Below are positions 26,916 to 41,681 of a stretch of 64,000 nucleotides of DNA, piece after piece. The stretch is taken from the NCBI GenBank assembly GCA_964016885.1, contig OZ024741.1:102920001-102984000 (forward strand). Reading direction: 5' to 3'. The notes under the pieces were generated by a model. It was not told the origin of the DNA and searched no databases. It saw only the letters and a program-made list of their open reading frames with translations. Source of the DNA: Eledone cirrhosa. Taxonomy: Eukaryota. The position numbers were made by a program, and so were the translations under genes. Each line of letters begins with the position of its first letter. The stretch's first letter is position 1.

Positions 26916-29029
26916 CAATGATTATTATTACATTTGGCACAAGGCCAGCATTTTGAATGGAAGAGGAAAGTCGATCAAATCGACTACAGTTATTATTGAT
27001 GCTTTATTTCATCGAACCCTGCTTTCAGGGCTAATCACGCTGCGAGAACGTCGGTTAAAATGTCTCTCCTAGAGGAGGAGGAGACAGAGGAGGAGGGGGA
27101 TGAGGAGGGGGAGGGGAAGTGGGAGGGGCGAGGGGAGGAGGAGATTCGCCATCATAAACATCGTGTCTACGTCTTTTCAAAATATTTTGGTATTTTTTCA
27201 TTAACGTAATGTCATAGTTTCGTCACGGTTATGTCCAATGAAACCACATCTGATCCAGACACCCTGAATATATGTACACCTATATATGGTGTGTGTGTGT
27301 TTTTGTGTGTGTGTGTGTGCGTGCGTGTGTGTCTGTGTGTGTGTATGTGTGTGTGTCTGTGTGTGTGTGTGTACAGGAGATCAGTAATTTGTATTAGTCC
27401 ATGAACACATTGAAAGTAAAAGATAAGTCTTTGCAGCGTATTGTAAAACTGCACACGCCCAGCAACAAACCTTTACATAAATATATCGTCGTTAATAAAT
27501 AAATAAAAATACCATATTAGGCAATATTTTCACTAGGGAATAAATCTTGTTTGCATTTCTCTGCTTGAGAATAATTTTTTAGAAACATTTGAAACTGCAG
27601 CATGATGTTAATCCTGTCTTGAATCCCAAGTTGGAACGATTACCTTTATCTGGCCACTGGAATATTAAATGTAAGATAAAATAGAACATAAATCTATTGC
27701 ATTTTCTTCTCAGAAACGTTTTGTTTGCGCTGTTTTTTCCGAAAAATACATCTTTAGATGCACGAGTCATTTATTGTGGATACCAATCCGCCGAAGCCTA
27801 CGCAATGTTCTTTGATACAAAACTGTCTGCTTTGAAGTTTTTTTAATTTAAATTAAAACATTCTTTCATAATTTCTGGTCATTTTGTGTGGCACGTAATA
27901 TTTACCAGAGCTCTGCGACGATCCAAGATTTTTGAGTAAAACTGGGTAGAGGGAAACCGTTCGGAAGTCCATCGGATGAACTGTATCTTAATTTAAACGG
28001 TCAGGCCTTGCCACACACTGTATCGCACAGAATCTCTCTGGGTCTGTCCAAGAAATTAACGTGCAAGTGGTTGAGCATTCAACAGACACCTTTGGCTTTA
28101 ATGTTGATCTAAAAGAAATTCAGCGTGATACAATGTGTACCAAGGCTAACTCTTCGAATTATAGGTGCCATTCGTTTTTGACAGCTGGATAAACTGGAGC
28201 AAACGGAAATAAATTGTTTTGCTCAAGGAGACAATACATAGCCGGAAATGGAACTCATGACTTTGCGACCGTAAGCCTAACACTCCTACAGCTAAATCAC
28301 TTACATTCGCAGAAGAGATATAATACTGACAGTGTCCGCAATAGTGCTTACGCTTTTGGAATCATTTTAATTCAATCACGTTGACAAAAACTTCTATATA
28401 ACGTCTACAATTTTCCTCTTCGATAAAATGTTCAAGCTTACACTTATGAGATAAGAAACAATTGCTTTTTTATCAAAATTTCAAATCTTTGTGAATTCAA
28501 ATTAAAATCTTTAGGAATAGATCAATTCCACGTAAAAAGGATTATACATAGAACACAAATATTTCAACTATAAAAATGAAAGACAAAAAGATGGACATAA
28601 ATGCCTCGAAGAAATAGTTATTTCTTACGTTGACACAAAGCTTAAAGGTAACAACAACAACAGCAATAATTGTTTCTACTTTTTGCACAAGGCCAACAAT
28701 TAACCAGTGCATTACTGGTACTTTATTTTATCGACCCCGTAAGGATGAAAGGCAAAGTTAACTTTGGTGGGATTTGAACTCAGAATGGCAAGGGCCGTAA
28801 CTGAATATTAATAATAACATATATAATAATAATATATATAATAATTGTTTCTATTTTTGGCACAAGGCCAGCAATAACCCAGTGCATTACTGGTACTTTA
28901 TTTTATCGACCCCGTAAGGATGAAAGGCAAAGTTAACCTCGGCGGAATTTGAACTCAGATCGTAAAGGGACGTAACTACGCTGGAAAGCATGTCTGACCC
29001 TCTACCAATACTGCCAATATAATAATAAC

Positions 29030-29060
<31 letters not shown>

Positions 29061-29070
29061 CATGTGTGTG

Positions 29071-29157
<87 letters not shown>

Positions 29158-31012
29158 AATATGTGGACGTAGAAAAAGAAGAAGTGGTAGATAATTTAGG
29201 TTCACTGCTAGCAACAAACGTGTAAGAAAAAACAAGAAAAGATTTAAAACCGAAATGAGAAATTTCAAAAGTGCGGTGGATGAAAAAAATTGAAATTGTG
29301 CCAGTCCTAGTGGAGGGTGTACACTTATTTGAATCATGAAGAAAATGAATCATGGTTGGAGAAGATTGGGATCAAAATAGTAATTTCTACTTTAGGCACA
29401 AGACCAGTAATTTGGGAGAAAGGAAAAATCTATTATGTCAACCTTTATACATGATTAATACTTTATTTTATCGACCTCGGTTTGATGTAAAGTAAAGTTG
29501 ATTTCGATAGGATTTGAACTCTGAATGTCGTAATTAAGCACCGCAAAGCATTTTATCAGACGCTCCACCGATACAATCAATCGACCATATTAACAATTGT
29601 TTCTACGTCGATTCAATAACAATAATAATTATTCCTTTTATTAATCATAATTTTATTAAGCCTAAGATATTGAACACAATACAAGAACAAAAACAACCTA
29701 GAGTTTACATAGAGTAAACAAAAAACGGGGACATCACCAAAGGAATATGAGTAGATATAACAATAATAGTTAGTGTACTAAATAATCATGATAATAATTG
29801 TTTCTACTTTTGGCACAAGGCCAGCAATTATCCCAGTGCATTACTGGTGCTTTATTTTATCAACCCTGTAAGGATGAAAGGCAAAATTAACCTCGGCGGG
29901 ATTTGAGCTCAGACCGTAAGGGACCGTAACTCTATGCTGCAAAGTATGGCGTCCAACTCTCTACCGATACTGACAATCCCTGATAACAATGAAAAACAAT
30001 AACAAATGTCAATTGGGAACAGTTCCCCAATAGTGGGATGGGCATTGCGTTTTAGGTTACTTCCCAAGGAAAACGCTACACAAAGCCCCAGATTGCTATT
30101 AGTGCTTCATGGGCATTAAATATATCACCCACTTTTTTCTTCCTGGAACTACCCGAAGCCTCTCTGGAGCATTTTTGACCTGTGTGTTTTCCTAAAGTCT
30201 CTTGCATTGCGGGAGATCCTTTCCCAAAGTTATGCCTAGACACTTCATGTTGTCTGTATTAGGAGTCTGCCTAATGAAGGATGAAAGGCAAAATTAACCT
30301 CGGCGGGATTTGAACTCAGATCATACAGGGAGGTAACACTATGCTTCAAAGCATATCATTGTTAATGATAATAATGATTTCTAATTTAGACAAAAAAAGG
30401 TCGGCAAACTTGTGGTAAGAACGCTATTAATTAAAACACCCCCAGTATTTGAATGATATTTTATTTTAACGACCCAGGTGGCATGAAAGGCAAAATTGAC
30501 CTCGGTGAGATTTGAAAACAAAACGTAAAACTCCGTAACTAAATATCACAAAGCATTTTATCCGACAATTCAGTGATTATGCTTATTTGCTGACTACCCT
30601 TAAGGTTCATGGATTGGTAGAATTGTTAACGCGTCGGATAAAATATTTTGCATCATTTAGTTATGACTCTTTACGTTCTGAGTTCAAACCTGCCAAGGTC
30701 CAATTTACCCTTTATCCTTACAGGGTCGATATAATCGAACTTCCCATCTCCATCAAAATGCTGGTTTTGTGCTGGCTTGGAAACCAATATTGACTATGAT
30801 TACCAGCGGTAACAAAGTTTAAGAATATTATCTTATAATTCTATATCTTCAATATATCACTTTAGAAAATTAAATAAGACATAGAAATGTTCATATTACA
30901 CCTAAATTGTTCTCATAACTTTCTTTTGTACCAACAACCAGCGAGTTAAAAGAGATAACCATAAACCAAATAGATTTTATAATAATTTAGAAAATCCTGA
31001 TACTATATGCAA

Positions 31013-31076
<64 letters not shown>

Positions 31077-31098
31077 TGTATATATATATATATATACA

Positions 31099-31169
<71 letters not shown>

Positions 31170-31549
31170 AAATTGCAAGATATCATCATCGATTTTATTA
31201 TGTGAAGATAAATCGTAACATACATATATGTTAATAGGGTTTACATCAATATACGCTGAATGAGCAACATTTGATATGGAAGGTGAGAAGAGTAGGCTTA
31301 TTATAGATGCTGTATGATTAATAAAACGAAATAAAGCTCTACCCTGAAAGCTTTAACACCAAATGATGGTTTTGTACATTGACTCGTTCACACAGGGTTT
31401 GACTATACAATATATCAGGTCCTTGTTTTGCCGTTAATTTTTTTATTTAGTTTAAAGGATAGTAAGTTATATATATATATATATTTGTTTTATCTCAGAA
31501 CCCTTCTGCAGATAATTACAGGCTTCGCTACTTCATTTCCTACACCTAC

Positions 31550-32190
31550 TATCTACATGTTTGAACAGAAAATTTGAAATTTTCTTTTGTCAATTTTGAC
31601 CTTGTGAGGTGTTTTTTTAGGTTCTTTCATTGATGGGTTTCAACGTAGGTTTCTTTTACTAGATTTTTCATGGTTTTTTTTTTGTACTTTGGAACAGGAT
31701 TGGCAGATTTTCTTTAATGGTGACAAATCTGATTGATACTGCTGGGTCATAAGCGCTAATAAGTGAAATATCTTCTTCGATGTTTTGTGCAGGAGACATA
31801 GGTTTAGATATATCCTGTTCCTTTGACGTTTTAATTCCGACTTCTTTTAAATTGAAGGAATATTTTTGATGATAAAGAAAACGTCGAAATATTTTGACTA
31901 ATTTTCTAGATCCACTACAATTGCATATATTCCCCTTGCCATGAAGGATGAATAATTTTGTTTGGTGTGTCAGGATTGGAAATTCAAAGGTTACCGTGCG
32001 TTTGTCTTTTTGTAATATATAACTGATGTAATTCTGGTATTACATAATTTTATCAATAAATTCAAAAATATCTGTTCTTTCTCACTAGATTCTGTTGTGA
32101 AACTAATGGATGGCTGTAGAGCGTGTAAAATGTTTATAGCTTGTATTTTGATTTGTTCAAAAAATAAAGCAGTCATCGAAAAAATGTTTG
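31550..32190 (-). pseudogene. Highly decayed Penelope-like RT fragment
   Basis: LQPSISFTTESSEKEQIFLNLLIK...ITSVIYYKKTN resembles the PLE 'LHPxIxFTxE...PFLD...TDIYxKxTD' region. Confidence 0.6.
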
Positions 32191-32842
32191 CACGTGCTGA
32201 TAATGCGGTATTCTTTCAACTGTTTGCCAAATGTCCAACGTATCTTTTCTTTGGCGCTGTTCGGTTACTTTTTACTCTTTGATTTCGACGTTACTATCAC
32301 ATGTCGTAGCACTGTTCCACGTATCATGTGTTTCCATTCCTTTACATTAATATAAAGATTCAACTTGCTTCGATTATATATGCACAGATACTCCGAGGAA
32401 TGCCATGAGATCTACATGAAGAATTTTCAACCATGTTATTTAGCTGTATTAGCAAATATATTTTTTATCACTCATTTCAGGATTCTTATTAAACTCTTTC
32501 CTTCTCTACACATACACAAATGAACCCTGGTGCGTTCTGTTGTCTTTAATGTTCTTGAAAAATTATGGAACATTAAATTAATGAGGAAAAATTGAAATAC
32601 TATGAAATCTTTATGGTGATGTTCTCAGAAAAAGTTTTTTATCTTCTTTATTTTGTTTCATCTTTCTAATTCCCCATACTTCACAAACTTCATTTTTATA
32701 TCCTTCGCTTCATATGTTCAACATAGGTTATCTCTGTGGCTTTAGGAGGAAAAGGTTCTCCGAATGCCATTTTCTTGAGTACCAATGATAAGAGGGTTTC
32801 CATTTTCATGGTTCATATTTATCTTTTCACTGAGCCCATTGC

Positions 32843-32902
<60 letters not shown>

Positions 32903-33090
32903 AATGTCGTCCACGTTTTCTTGCCTGGTCTGGCAAACTGCGTCGTAATATAGTTCCATTTTAAGATTTGTGTCCCCATTATTCATTTATTTATTGATTT
33001 ACTCGTCTATTCTTTTTTATTTGAAATATTTTCCATTTTGTGAACGTGTATGTGTGTGTATTCAATATTTCTCTGTGTCTGCACATATAA

Positions 33091-33131
<41 letters not shown>

Positions 33132-33244
33132 TCTCTACCTGTAATGATAAAATTATTCTAGTTGCAACCAGCAAGCAGATGACAATTATACTCTCTCTAT
33201 AATTCACTGCATCCCTTCTATTATTTTTCTATATATATATATAT

Positions 33245-34890
33245 ATGTCGCCTGCAATGCTAACACCAATGGCTGCTCCTTCCTCTTGGGCATATGTTTT
33301 TCCATTAAATTTGAACATATGTTCCTTAAGGGTTAGTTTTATGCTGGCGCCTACCGCATGTGCAAACATTTTCTTCAGTTCATCGTGGTTTTCGGGTGTC
33401 CGTATGGCTCTGGTCCACCCGTTCCATCTATCTGTGTGGGTTTTCTTGGCCATTGAGGTAATGGTAGGTGGTCTGCCTCTTGCTGGTCTTGTAGGGCACA
33501 GGTTGCTAAGGTCATATGTGTCTAGGTAATTATTACTAAAGGTAAGTTTAAGTAGGAGTCCCAGCTCACTGGTATCAATCCCACGGAACTCAACATTGCT
33601 CTCACTGATCATTTCTACGCATTTCTCCACAGCAAAATCCACGTCAATAGATGGATACAGGGACACAACATCCATACTACCTATTATGCAGTTTGTTAGG
33701 TCCCTAGATCGGTTACTCACACCGATTCTGCTGAGGAAGTCCTCCGTGCTGTCACATACATCTGGGGACATTTCAATGATGGAGCGTATAATCAGGGAGA
33801 GGAAGTAGAACAGTCTGTAGTTACTAGCAATGTTAGCTCCACAGACTGGCCGTGTTGGTGGTCCCGCGACAGGGTCACTGCCCGTTTTATGGTCTTTTCG
33901 AAGCCCATAAAACGCCGGCACGTCATTGTTCCAGGCCTGGAAGTTGTTGGCAGTCCTTTTGTTGGGCTGCATTATATTCGTCCACATCACCATATGGGCA
34001 TTGAGGGCTTTTTCTCTATCTTCATGCTCCTGTGGTGTTACCTCTCTTGTGTTAGTGATGTGGGGTTGCATTGCCTGGATGTAGTTTGGCAGGCTGTCAA
34101 CCGACATTCTGCCAGACTTGTCTGTTGGAAAGCATGCTATCTCTCCATTACGCGAGCGCTGCCATTTGCAGATTTTTCTCCCAGTTGCTGGGCCTCCATT
34201 CTATTATGCTTCTTGCTATACTGTTCTATACTGTTCTATAATATTTCTAAGTTCGGATTTAGCTATACTAAATTGTGCTTCTGTTTGTTCATCGACCTGC
34301 GACGGCAATTGCGTGCGTTTGTTAAATGGTAGAGTCGTGGCGTGGACTCGTCGCAGGTCGAACGATTTATCGGAGGGATTATAAAACGTAGAGTTCCAGG
34401 CTGCTGCTTTATCTGTACTAGTGTTATTGTTATTGTTAGTTGTGTTGTTTCTATTTCTATTTCCACCAACAGCCTCATGGTTGTTTCTATGTCTCTCATA
34501 ATTACTCCTGTCTCTTTCCACTGGCTCATTGTTGTTATCTACCCTATTTTGTGTGTCTGTGTGTTCGTCTTTGTTATTTTCTTTGTCCTTAGTCTCCCTT
34601 CTCCTTTTAATCCTATTGCTTTCCCTTATTTCTGTGATTTCTGTGCTACTGTCATTACTTGTTGTCTGTGTCTGTGTGTTTGTTAAGATTGTGGTGGTGG
34701 TGGGAGGCATTGAATGTGTGTGTGTTGTTGTTGTTGATGTGTGCTGTTGTTGATGTGTGTTGTTGTTGTCTCCGTGTGTGTTATTATTGTTGTGTGTGTT
34801 GTTATTGTTGTTTGTGTCTGTGTGTCTGTTGTTGTTGGGATGTGTGTTGTATATGTGTGTGCGTATATTGTTGCTTTTGTTTTTGTTTTT
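33245..34890 (-). pseudogene. PLE 3 N-terminal region and RT motifs 1-B' (inverted, with stops)
   Basis: FYGLRKDHK, TRPVCGA, GSMDVVSLYPSI, FKFNGKTYAQEEGAAIG; ends abruptly in (TA)n. Confidence 0.85.
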
Positions 34891-34894
34891 GTTT

Positions 34895-35869
34895 CGATTA
34901 CCTGTACTAGACACAGAGCTCTGGTTATATACCATTAATAACAAAAAACAAATCCTCCATTCCCATTATGCCAAACCCATGACTTCCAAACATCTGATCC
35001 ACCGAAACTCGGCCGTTTCGGACCATACCAAAATCAACATACTGATTTCGGATTTGGTACGGGTGATGAGAAACGTGTCCCGCATGTGCAACCCCGAAGA
35101 ACTAGAGAGACACATACAACACTTCATCCACCGTATGCAGTTCTCTGGCTACAATCAGAGAGATAAAATCAGAGTGTATAGAGGAGCCAGAACTAAATGG
35201 GAAAAAATGGTAAATAATGACATAAATGGGACCTGCCCCTTGTATAGGAGCAAATTTTGGAATAGAATAGAAAGAACTAGGAATAAGGCTAATAGAATAA
35301 ACTCATGGTATGATAGCAATAAATACCAGAGTGTAATGTTCATCGATACAACACCTAGAGGTGAATTAGCTTACAAATTTAGAAGGGCCCTAAATAAACA
35401 TAAACTCAATATTAAGATAGTAGAAAGACCAGGTAGCTCCGTAAAAACACTTATTAGCAAGAGATACCCCTTCCAAAGACCCTCATGTATAGATAAGAAA
35501 TGTATAACCTGTAAAATAAGCCCCCATATTAACTGTAAAACTAGAAATGTAGTGTATAGCGTAAGATGTACTGAAGGACAATGTAGAGACAAAAATATAG
35601 TGTACATAGGTGAGACAGCTCGTAGTGTAGGGGAACGGATAAATGAACACTGGCGAGACCTTCAATATAGTAAAGAATCATCTGTACTCTACCAACATGC
35701 TAAAATAGAACACAAGGGTAAATTAGAGAACATAGAAATAAAAATAGAATCTACACACAGAAAAGACGCAAAGTTTAGACAAATTACAGAGGCAATAAAC
35801 ATAAAAGAATTACAACCAAAATTAAATAGAAAATATGAGTGGAACAGCAACATCACAACTTACAATTAA
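34895..35869 (+). pseudogene. PLE 3 RT thumb + GIY-YIG endonuclease
   Basis: LPVLD, HYAKP, MQFSGY, CxxxxCxxC...CKTRNVVYSVRC, VYIGETARS, ERINEH, EAINI...PKLN. Confidence 0.85.
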
Positions 35870-36069
35870 GGACAAAATGAAAACACACACACACATAGAA
35901 CAAACAACCAACCAGTAACATGTAAATAAACAAATAAATAAATGAACATAAACACACACAGACACCCGGATGTGGCGCATGCGCAGACTGAGCACACAAC
36001 ACACACACAGGAACAAAATGGCGTAGGACAGAACAAAGGAGAGGCACAGAAACAAAGAAAGGAATCCCC

Positions 36070-36114
36070 AGTCACTGAAGAGGTCACAGAGTGTGTGACG
36101 AAAGAACTATGACT
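36070..36114 (+). ncRNA. Hammerhead ribozyme of PLE 3
   Basis: agtca-CTGAAGA-g-gtcaca-gagtg-tgtgac-GAAA-gaac-TA-tgact. Confidence 0.85.
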
Positions 36115-36255
36115 ATATATAAACAACTATCTGGTTGTGGAACAAACCAACCAACCAGAAATTTATAAATTTATAAATTTATTATAATAAATTGAAGTGA
36201 AAGCAACTGGTGCGTGTGTTTCTTATTGGCAACATGACCCTCCCAAAGTATAACA

Positions 36256-36386
<131 letters not shown>

Positions 36387-36395
36387 TGTGTGTGC

Positions 36396-36719
36396 ATTGA
36401 AAAGATAACAAGGACGATTGGTTACTCCTTCATTACATTTATTGGCAGCTTGACGGACCCTTTAAAATGCTACTAGCATTTTAAAGGGTCCGTCGAGTTG
36501 CCGATTATAGAGTCGGGTAAGATCGATACAGATCGAACCTTGAGCTGATCAGTAGCGAAACGCGCGTCACCTACCAATAAATGTAGTGAAGGAGTAACCA
36601 ATCGACCTTGTTATCTGTTCAATATAATACACTCTGTATAGCTCTACACCTCGACACAGAAGTGAACCTAAACATCGAGTGCTCACCCAGGTGAACCTAT
36701 AGTAACTCCAAGTAACACT

Positions 36720-36722
<3 letters not shown>
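36396..36722. mobile_element. ORF-less PLE fold-back remnant with half HHR
   Basis: 36396-36445 is inverted at ~36574-36623; inner palindrome at ~36445-36502; GAAA-cgcgcg-TC at ~36557-36568; tail ends in (TA)n. Confidence 0.7.
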
Positions 36723-36757
<35 letters not shown>

Positions 36758-36987
36758 AAATCCGCCTGGATTATCTATTCGGTTGGGATTTGAAACCGCG
36801 GTAAGGTCACATATAGTAAGTACAGTGGATTTTTTTTTATATTTTAAAAATTTTTCTTTATTTACATTCCCTTGATTTTATGTTCTGGCTTGTTAATTTA
36901 TTAACTTGCCATTGAACCACACTGGCATATGGTCGGACTATACTTGTATCCCTGTGTGTATTAATTACATGTAAGAACACATACTTT

Positions 36988-37068
<81 letters not shown>

Positions 37069-37108
37069 ATTAAATAAATGGAAAACTATATTTATAAAAC
37101 CATATTTA

Positions 37109-37170
37109 TTTCATTATATATATTTCGGGGATATCATATTAACAATATGCTATGCCTTCATCAGACAAAA
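37109..37170 (-). ncRNA. Hammerhead ribozyme, inverted arm of PLE 2
   Basis: Reverse complement of 39163-39224. Confidence 0.85.
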
Positions 37171-37535
37171 TACAATATAAACAGTTTTATAGATAAATAT
37201 ATTCGACATACCGTAATAAACATCAACTTCATTTGAAGAGGTTTACGCTAGCAGTGAAAATACAGAGAGAAAGAAAGAGAGAAAGAAAAGAGGGAAAAAA
37301 AGAAAGAAAGAAAGACAAAACGAAGAAGAGGAAGAAAAAGAAGAAAAAGAAAAAGAAGAAATGCATGGGACAAAATAGAGAGATGGAAAAATAGATAAAG
37401 CGAAGAGCTTCATGTAAAGAGACAGAAAGAGATATATATATATATAGAGAGAGGAAATAGAGATAGATACATATATATATATGTAGAAAATTAGGTAGTG
37501 GGAGGTCATTTTGAGTAAGTGTATCAATGATACAT

Positions 37536-37570
<35 letters not shown>

Positions 37571-39162
37571 GCTCAAGTATTAATGTAAGGGAGATATATA
37601 GAGAGATATAGAGAGATATATAGAGAGAAAAAAAAATTAAAAATAGCCAGACATATTCGAGGCGTAGAAAACCCTATGTTTTAATGTATTAGTATTTATA
37701 AAACTTACACTATATTGTAAATATCAGTATTCCTGATGAAACAAGTATTCACAATGTGTGAAAATTCATTATCTTATGTTTAGTTTTAAAAAAATTCATA
37801 TGTTTATGTGACAGCTACAAACATCAATGTGAATCCAACTGATTCACTCTGCAAACTTTTAGTTACCGGAAAACATTCTCAGTGTGGTATAAAAATTTGA
37901 GCGTATTATTATTCTTGCGATTACTCTGCAAGATTATCTATCGAGCAGAAATAGAGAGCAGATTTCAATATACTAATCGAAAATATATATTATATTATAA
38001 ACAAAGATAACAATAATAATAATAATAAGTAAAAATATATAAAAATATAAAAATATAGAATAGAAAACTAAAAAAAAATATATTACGAAAGAATATTACA
38101 TAATAAAAATATTGCATATTAAAATACTACGTATTAAAAAATATTACGCATTAAAAATTTACATATAAAAATGTTAAAAATAAAATAAAAAATGAAAATA
38201 TTATAGAATACTACAATACTAAAAGAATAAAAATAAAAATAAAAATAAAAATAAAAATAAAAATAAAAATAAAAATGAAAATAAAAATAAACCACAAAGA
38301 ACAACCCTTCAAAGTTAATTGACAATATATTGCCAAGTTCATTACAAGACAAAGCCAAAAATTATCTATCAAATCACATCTAGCAAAGAATATCGCAAAA
38401 AGATTATGATGTCCAATAATGTCTACATATGTTCCTATATTTAATATAGAAGTTTATCTAGTGTAAGGTTAATTCGAAAAATTTGGAGCATCGGCTTTTA
38501 GGGTAGCTTAATTTTTCATGAGGAATGTTTAGATAAAAATAAAAATAAATAAAATAAAATAAACAATAGAAAGAGTAAAAAGAGGGAATCAAAGATTTAG
38601 GAATCAAAAGATTTATCGGCTAGTTCTCATATAAATATAAATCAAACTAAATATACTACATTTTAAATTTAAATTTATATTTAAACGTTGAGTTTAATCT
38701 ATGTTTGCAACAACTGAATAAATTTGTCCGTAGGTTAAGGGAATTTTTAGATTTTAGTATAAAGAATATCTCCTCTGCGCAGAGGTCACATGTCTCAGAG
38801 GATGAATTAAAAGGAATCCCTCTTGAGACTATATTCCAAGCCGTCGAATATCTAACGTTATCTAGCTTAAGTTGCCAGAGTACTCCTGATAGTGCCGTTG
38901 AAGATTTTTTATTTGGATCTGTGAAAGAATTCTTGTGGTTATTATAGCGAAGTTTAAATTCCGTCGATGTGGAACCGACGTAGTTAAAAGAATTAGAGTC
39001 AGTATTAACATTACAATTGTATACTATATTTTTAACTAAGCAGTTTTCTTTCTCTCTTTCTTTCTCTCTGTATTTTCACTGCTAGCGTAAACCTCTTCAA
39101 ATGAAGTTGATGTTTATTACGGTATGTCGAATATATTTATCTATAAAACTGTTTATATTGTA

Positions 39163-39224
39163 TTTTGTCTGATGAAGGCATAGCATATTGTTAATATGAT
39201 ATCCCCGAAATATATATAATGAAA
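39163..39224 (+). ncRNA. Hammerhead ribozyme, 5' pLTR of PLE 2
   Basis: ttttgt-CTGATGA-aggcatagcatatt-gtt-aatatgatatcccc-GAAA-tatata-TA-atgaaa. Confidence 0.85.
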
Positions 39225-39405
39225 TAAATATGGTTTTATAAATATAGTTTTCCATTTATTTAATATTGTAAATATACTCCAAATATTTGTCGAGTGCTTT
39301 TATATCAGTTATAAATATTTACTAGTTGTAACCCAACAATTTTAAATATAACTTTACATGTATCTTGCTCCAATACTGTTGAGCACTTTATATTATAACT
39401 GAAAA

Positions 39406-41681
39406 ATGGAATTCTTTAAGATTACTTCCTCTCTAAAAGACATACCTCTACCTAGAAACAAAGACTTTGTAAAACAACTAATAGATAAATCTGACTCTTT
39501 TATAAGGAGAATCAGGTGGCGTGCATTCCACTTTGATAAATCTAATGCAGACGAAAATATCTCGGACTTAAACAAAGTTTTCAAATCTAAAAGAAATCCA
39601 CCCCCTAACAAACTTTTATCTGACTTTGAAAACGATATAATTTCTATCATACAAGGGGTCAAATTCAAGAGAAACTTTAAAGGCCAGGAATATCTGAAAG
39701 GCATTAAGGATAACATTGAGAGCTTAGGAAAAACTGAGAAGATCTTGGTGAAATCTGACAAGACCAACAACCTCTATGGAGTGCGGAAAGACATGTATAA
39801 TGGCCTCATACTGAAAGAGCTGAGGAAAAAATACAAGGTAGCAGATAAGGCCGAACTTGAGAAAATGAATGTGGAAGCATCTTGTATAATGCATGAGTTG
39901 GAAATTGAGAACAGAACACAACCTTTCGTGCCCAGGAAACCGAAGATCAATATGAAGGACCACAAGAGGAATTTTGAAAATGACCTGCCAGTTAGATTGA
40001 TCGCACCTTCAAAATCGGACCTGGGCAAATTAAGCAAAAACATTCTTGACAGGGTGATACTGCAAATTAAGAACTTGGATTGTGTATCTAACCTGAGCTT
40101 GTGGAAGGGAACTGGAGAGGTTGTTGAGTGGTTTAGGCAAATTAAATATGACAATAATAATAGGTTTATTCAACTTGATATAGCTAACTATTATTCTTCT
40201 ATTACCCCTAGTCTACTAAATAAGGCACTAAATTACGCATTCAAACATACGGACCTAACTAGCAAAGAAATGCATATTATATTATCGGCTAGGAAAACTT
40301 TGATAGAATTTAATGACAAATTATGGACCAGAGCAGATAGAGATAGCAATTTTGACATAACTATGGGATCCTCCGACTCAGCTCAGGTAACTGACCTTGT
40401 GGGCTTATTTTTAATCAATTCGCTACATAGGAAAATACCTGGTACTACCGGAGGTTTATATAGGGCTTATTTTTAATCAATTCGCTACATAGGAAAATAC
40501 CTGGTACTACCGGAGGTTTATATAGGGATGACATGCTTTTACTTATTAATAATAATAACCCTGAACTAAATAGAAAATGTAAACAAATTACAAAATGTTT
40601 TAATTACTTTAACCTTAAAATAGAAATTGAGAACAACCATAGAATAGTCAATTTCCTAGATATAACATTAAATCTCAACACATGTCTCCACTATCCTTTT
40701 CACAAGTTGAATGAAAACTTAAACTATGTCAACTTTAACTCTAACCACCCCAGATCTGTCAAAAACACTATAGTAAACTCAGTCCAAAAACGTATCTCTA
40801 GGATCTCGTCGAATAGAAAGATTTTTGACGAAAAGGCCCAATACTATAATGATGCACTAGCTAGGGCAGGGTAGGCTGATAAGATTGTGTACATAGATAA
40901 TGATAGACAAACTAAACAAAGTAACAACTTTTTTAATTACGGCAACAACATTAACAACTATAATAGAAAGCATTACAATAATTCCAAAGGACAAAAAAGA
41001 AATAGAACTAGGAACATAATTTGGTTTGCCCCCCCTTTCTCACTAAACATTAAAACCCACATCGCTAAATTATTTTTCAAAGCTCTTGATAATCGCTTCC
41101 CTAGAACACATAGGTATCACTCAATCTTCAATAGGCATACAATTAAATTAACCTACTCATCCACCAAAAATTTAGCACAAAATATTAATAGAATAAATAA
41201 TAGGAACTTAAAACCTACTGATAATAGCATAAATAATATACAAGTTAACAAATGTAACTGTAGAGATAGATCTAAATGTCCGTTAAATAACAACTGCTTA
41301 GTTAAAAATATAGTATACAATTGTAATGTTAATACTGACTCTAATTCTTTTAACTACGTCGGTTCCACATCGACGGAATTTAAACTTCGCTATAATAACC
41401 ACAAGAATTCTTTCACAGATCCAAATAAAAAATCTTCAACGGCACTATCAGGAGTACTCTGGCAACTTAAGCTAGATAACGCTAGATATTCGACGGCTTG
41501 GAATATAGTCTCAAGAGGGATTCCTTTTAATTCATCCTCTGAGACATGTGACCTCTGCGCAGAGGAGATATTCTTTATACTAAAATCTAAAAATTCCCTT
41601 AACCTACGGACAAATTTATTCAGTTGTTGCAAACATAGATTAAACTCAACGTTTAAATATAAATTTAAATTTAAAATGTAG
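39406..41681 (+). pseudogene. PLE 2 RT-GIY-YIG ORF (737 codons when repaired)
   Basis: FIRRIRWRAFHF, KSDKTNNLY, KDHK, RLIAPSKSDLG, QLDIANYY, ITMGSSDS, YRDD, CNCRx4CPLx3CL, IVYNC...YVGST, CDLCAEE; disrupted by a 62-bp tandem duplication (40401-40462/40463-40524) and a TAG at 40872-40874. Confidence 0.92.

Larger units (their letters stand above)
33245..36180. mobile_element. Penelope-like element 3 (non-Naiad lineage) with inverted 5' half
   Basis: The minus strand carries the N-terminus and RT motifs; the plus strand carries the RT end, GIY-YIG and HHR; junction at ~34895. Confidence 0.85.

Noticed and set aside
26540-30790. CRISPR-like recurring repeats
   Set aside because: These are dispersed ~190-bp SINE copies in eukaryotic DNA, with no spacer periodicity or cas genes
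37730-37770. CTGATGA...GAAA inside the PLE 2 inverted arm
   Set aside because: No convincing stem I or III, antisense to the element, and the core is altered in the other arm
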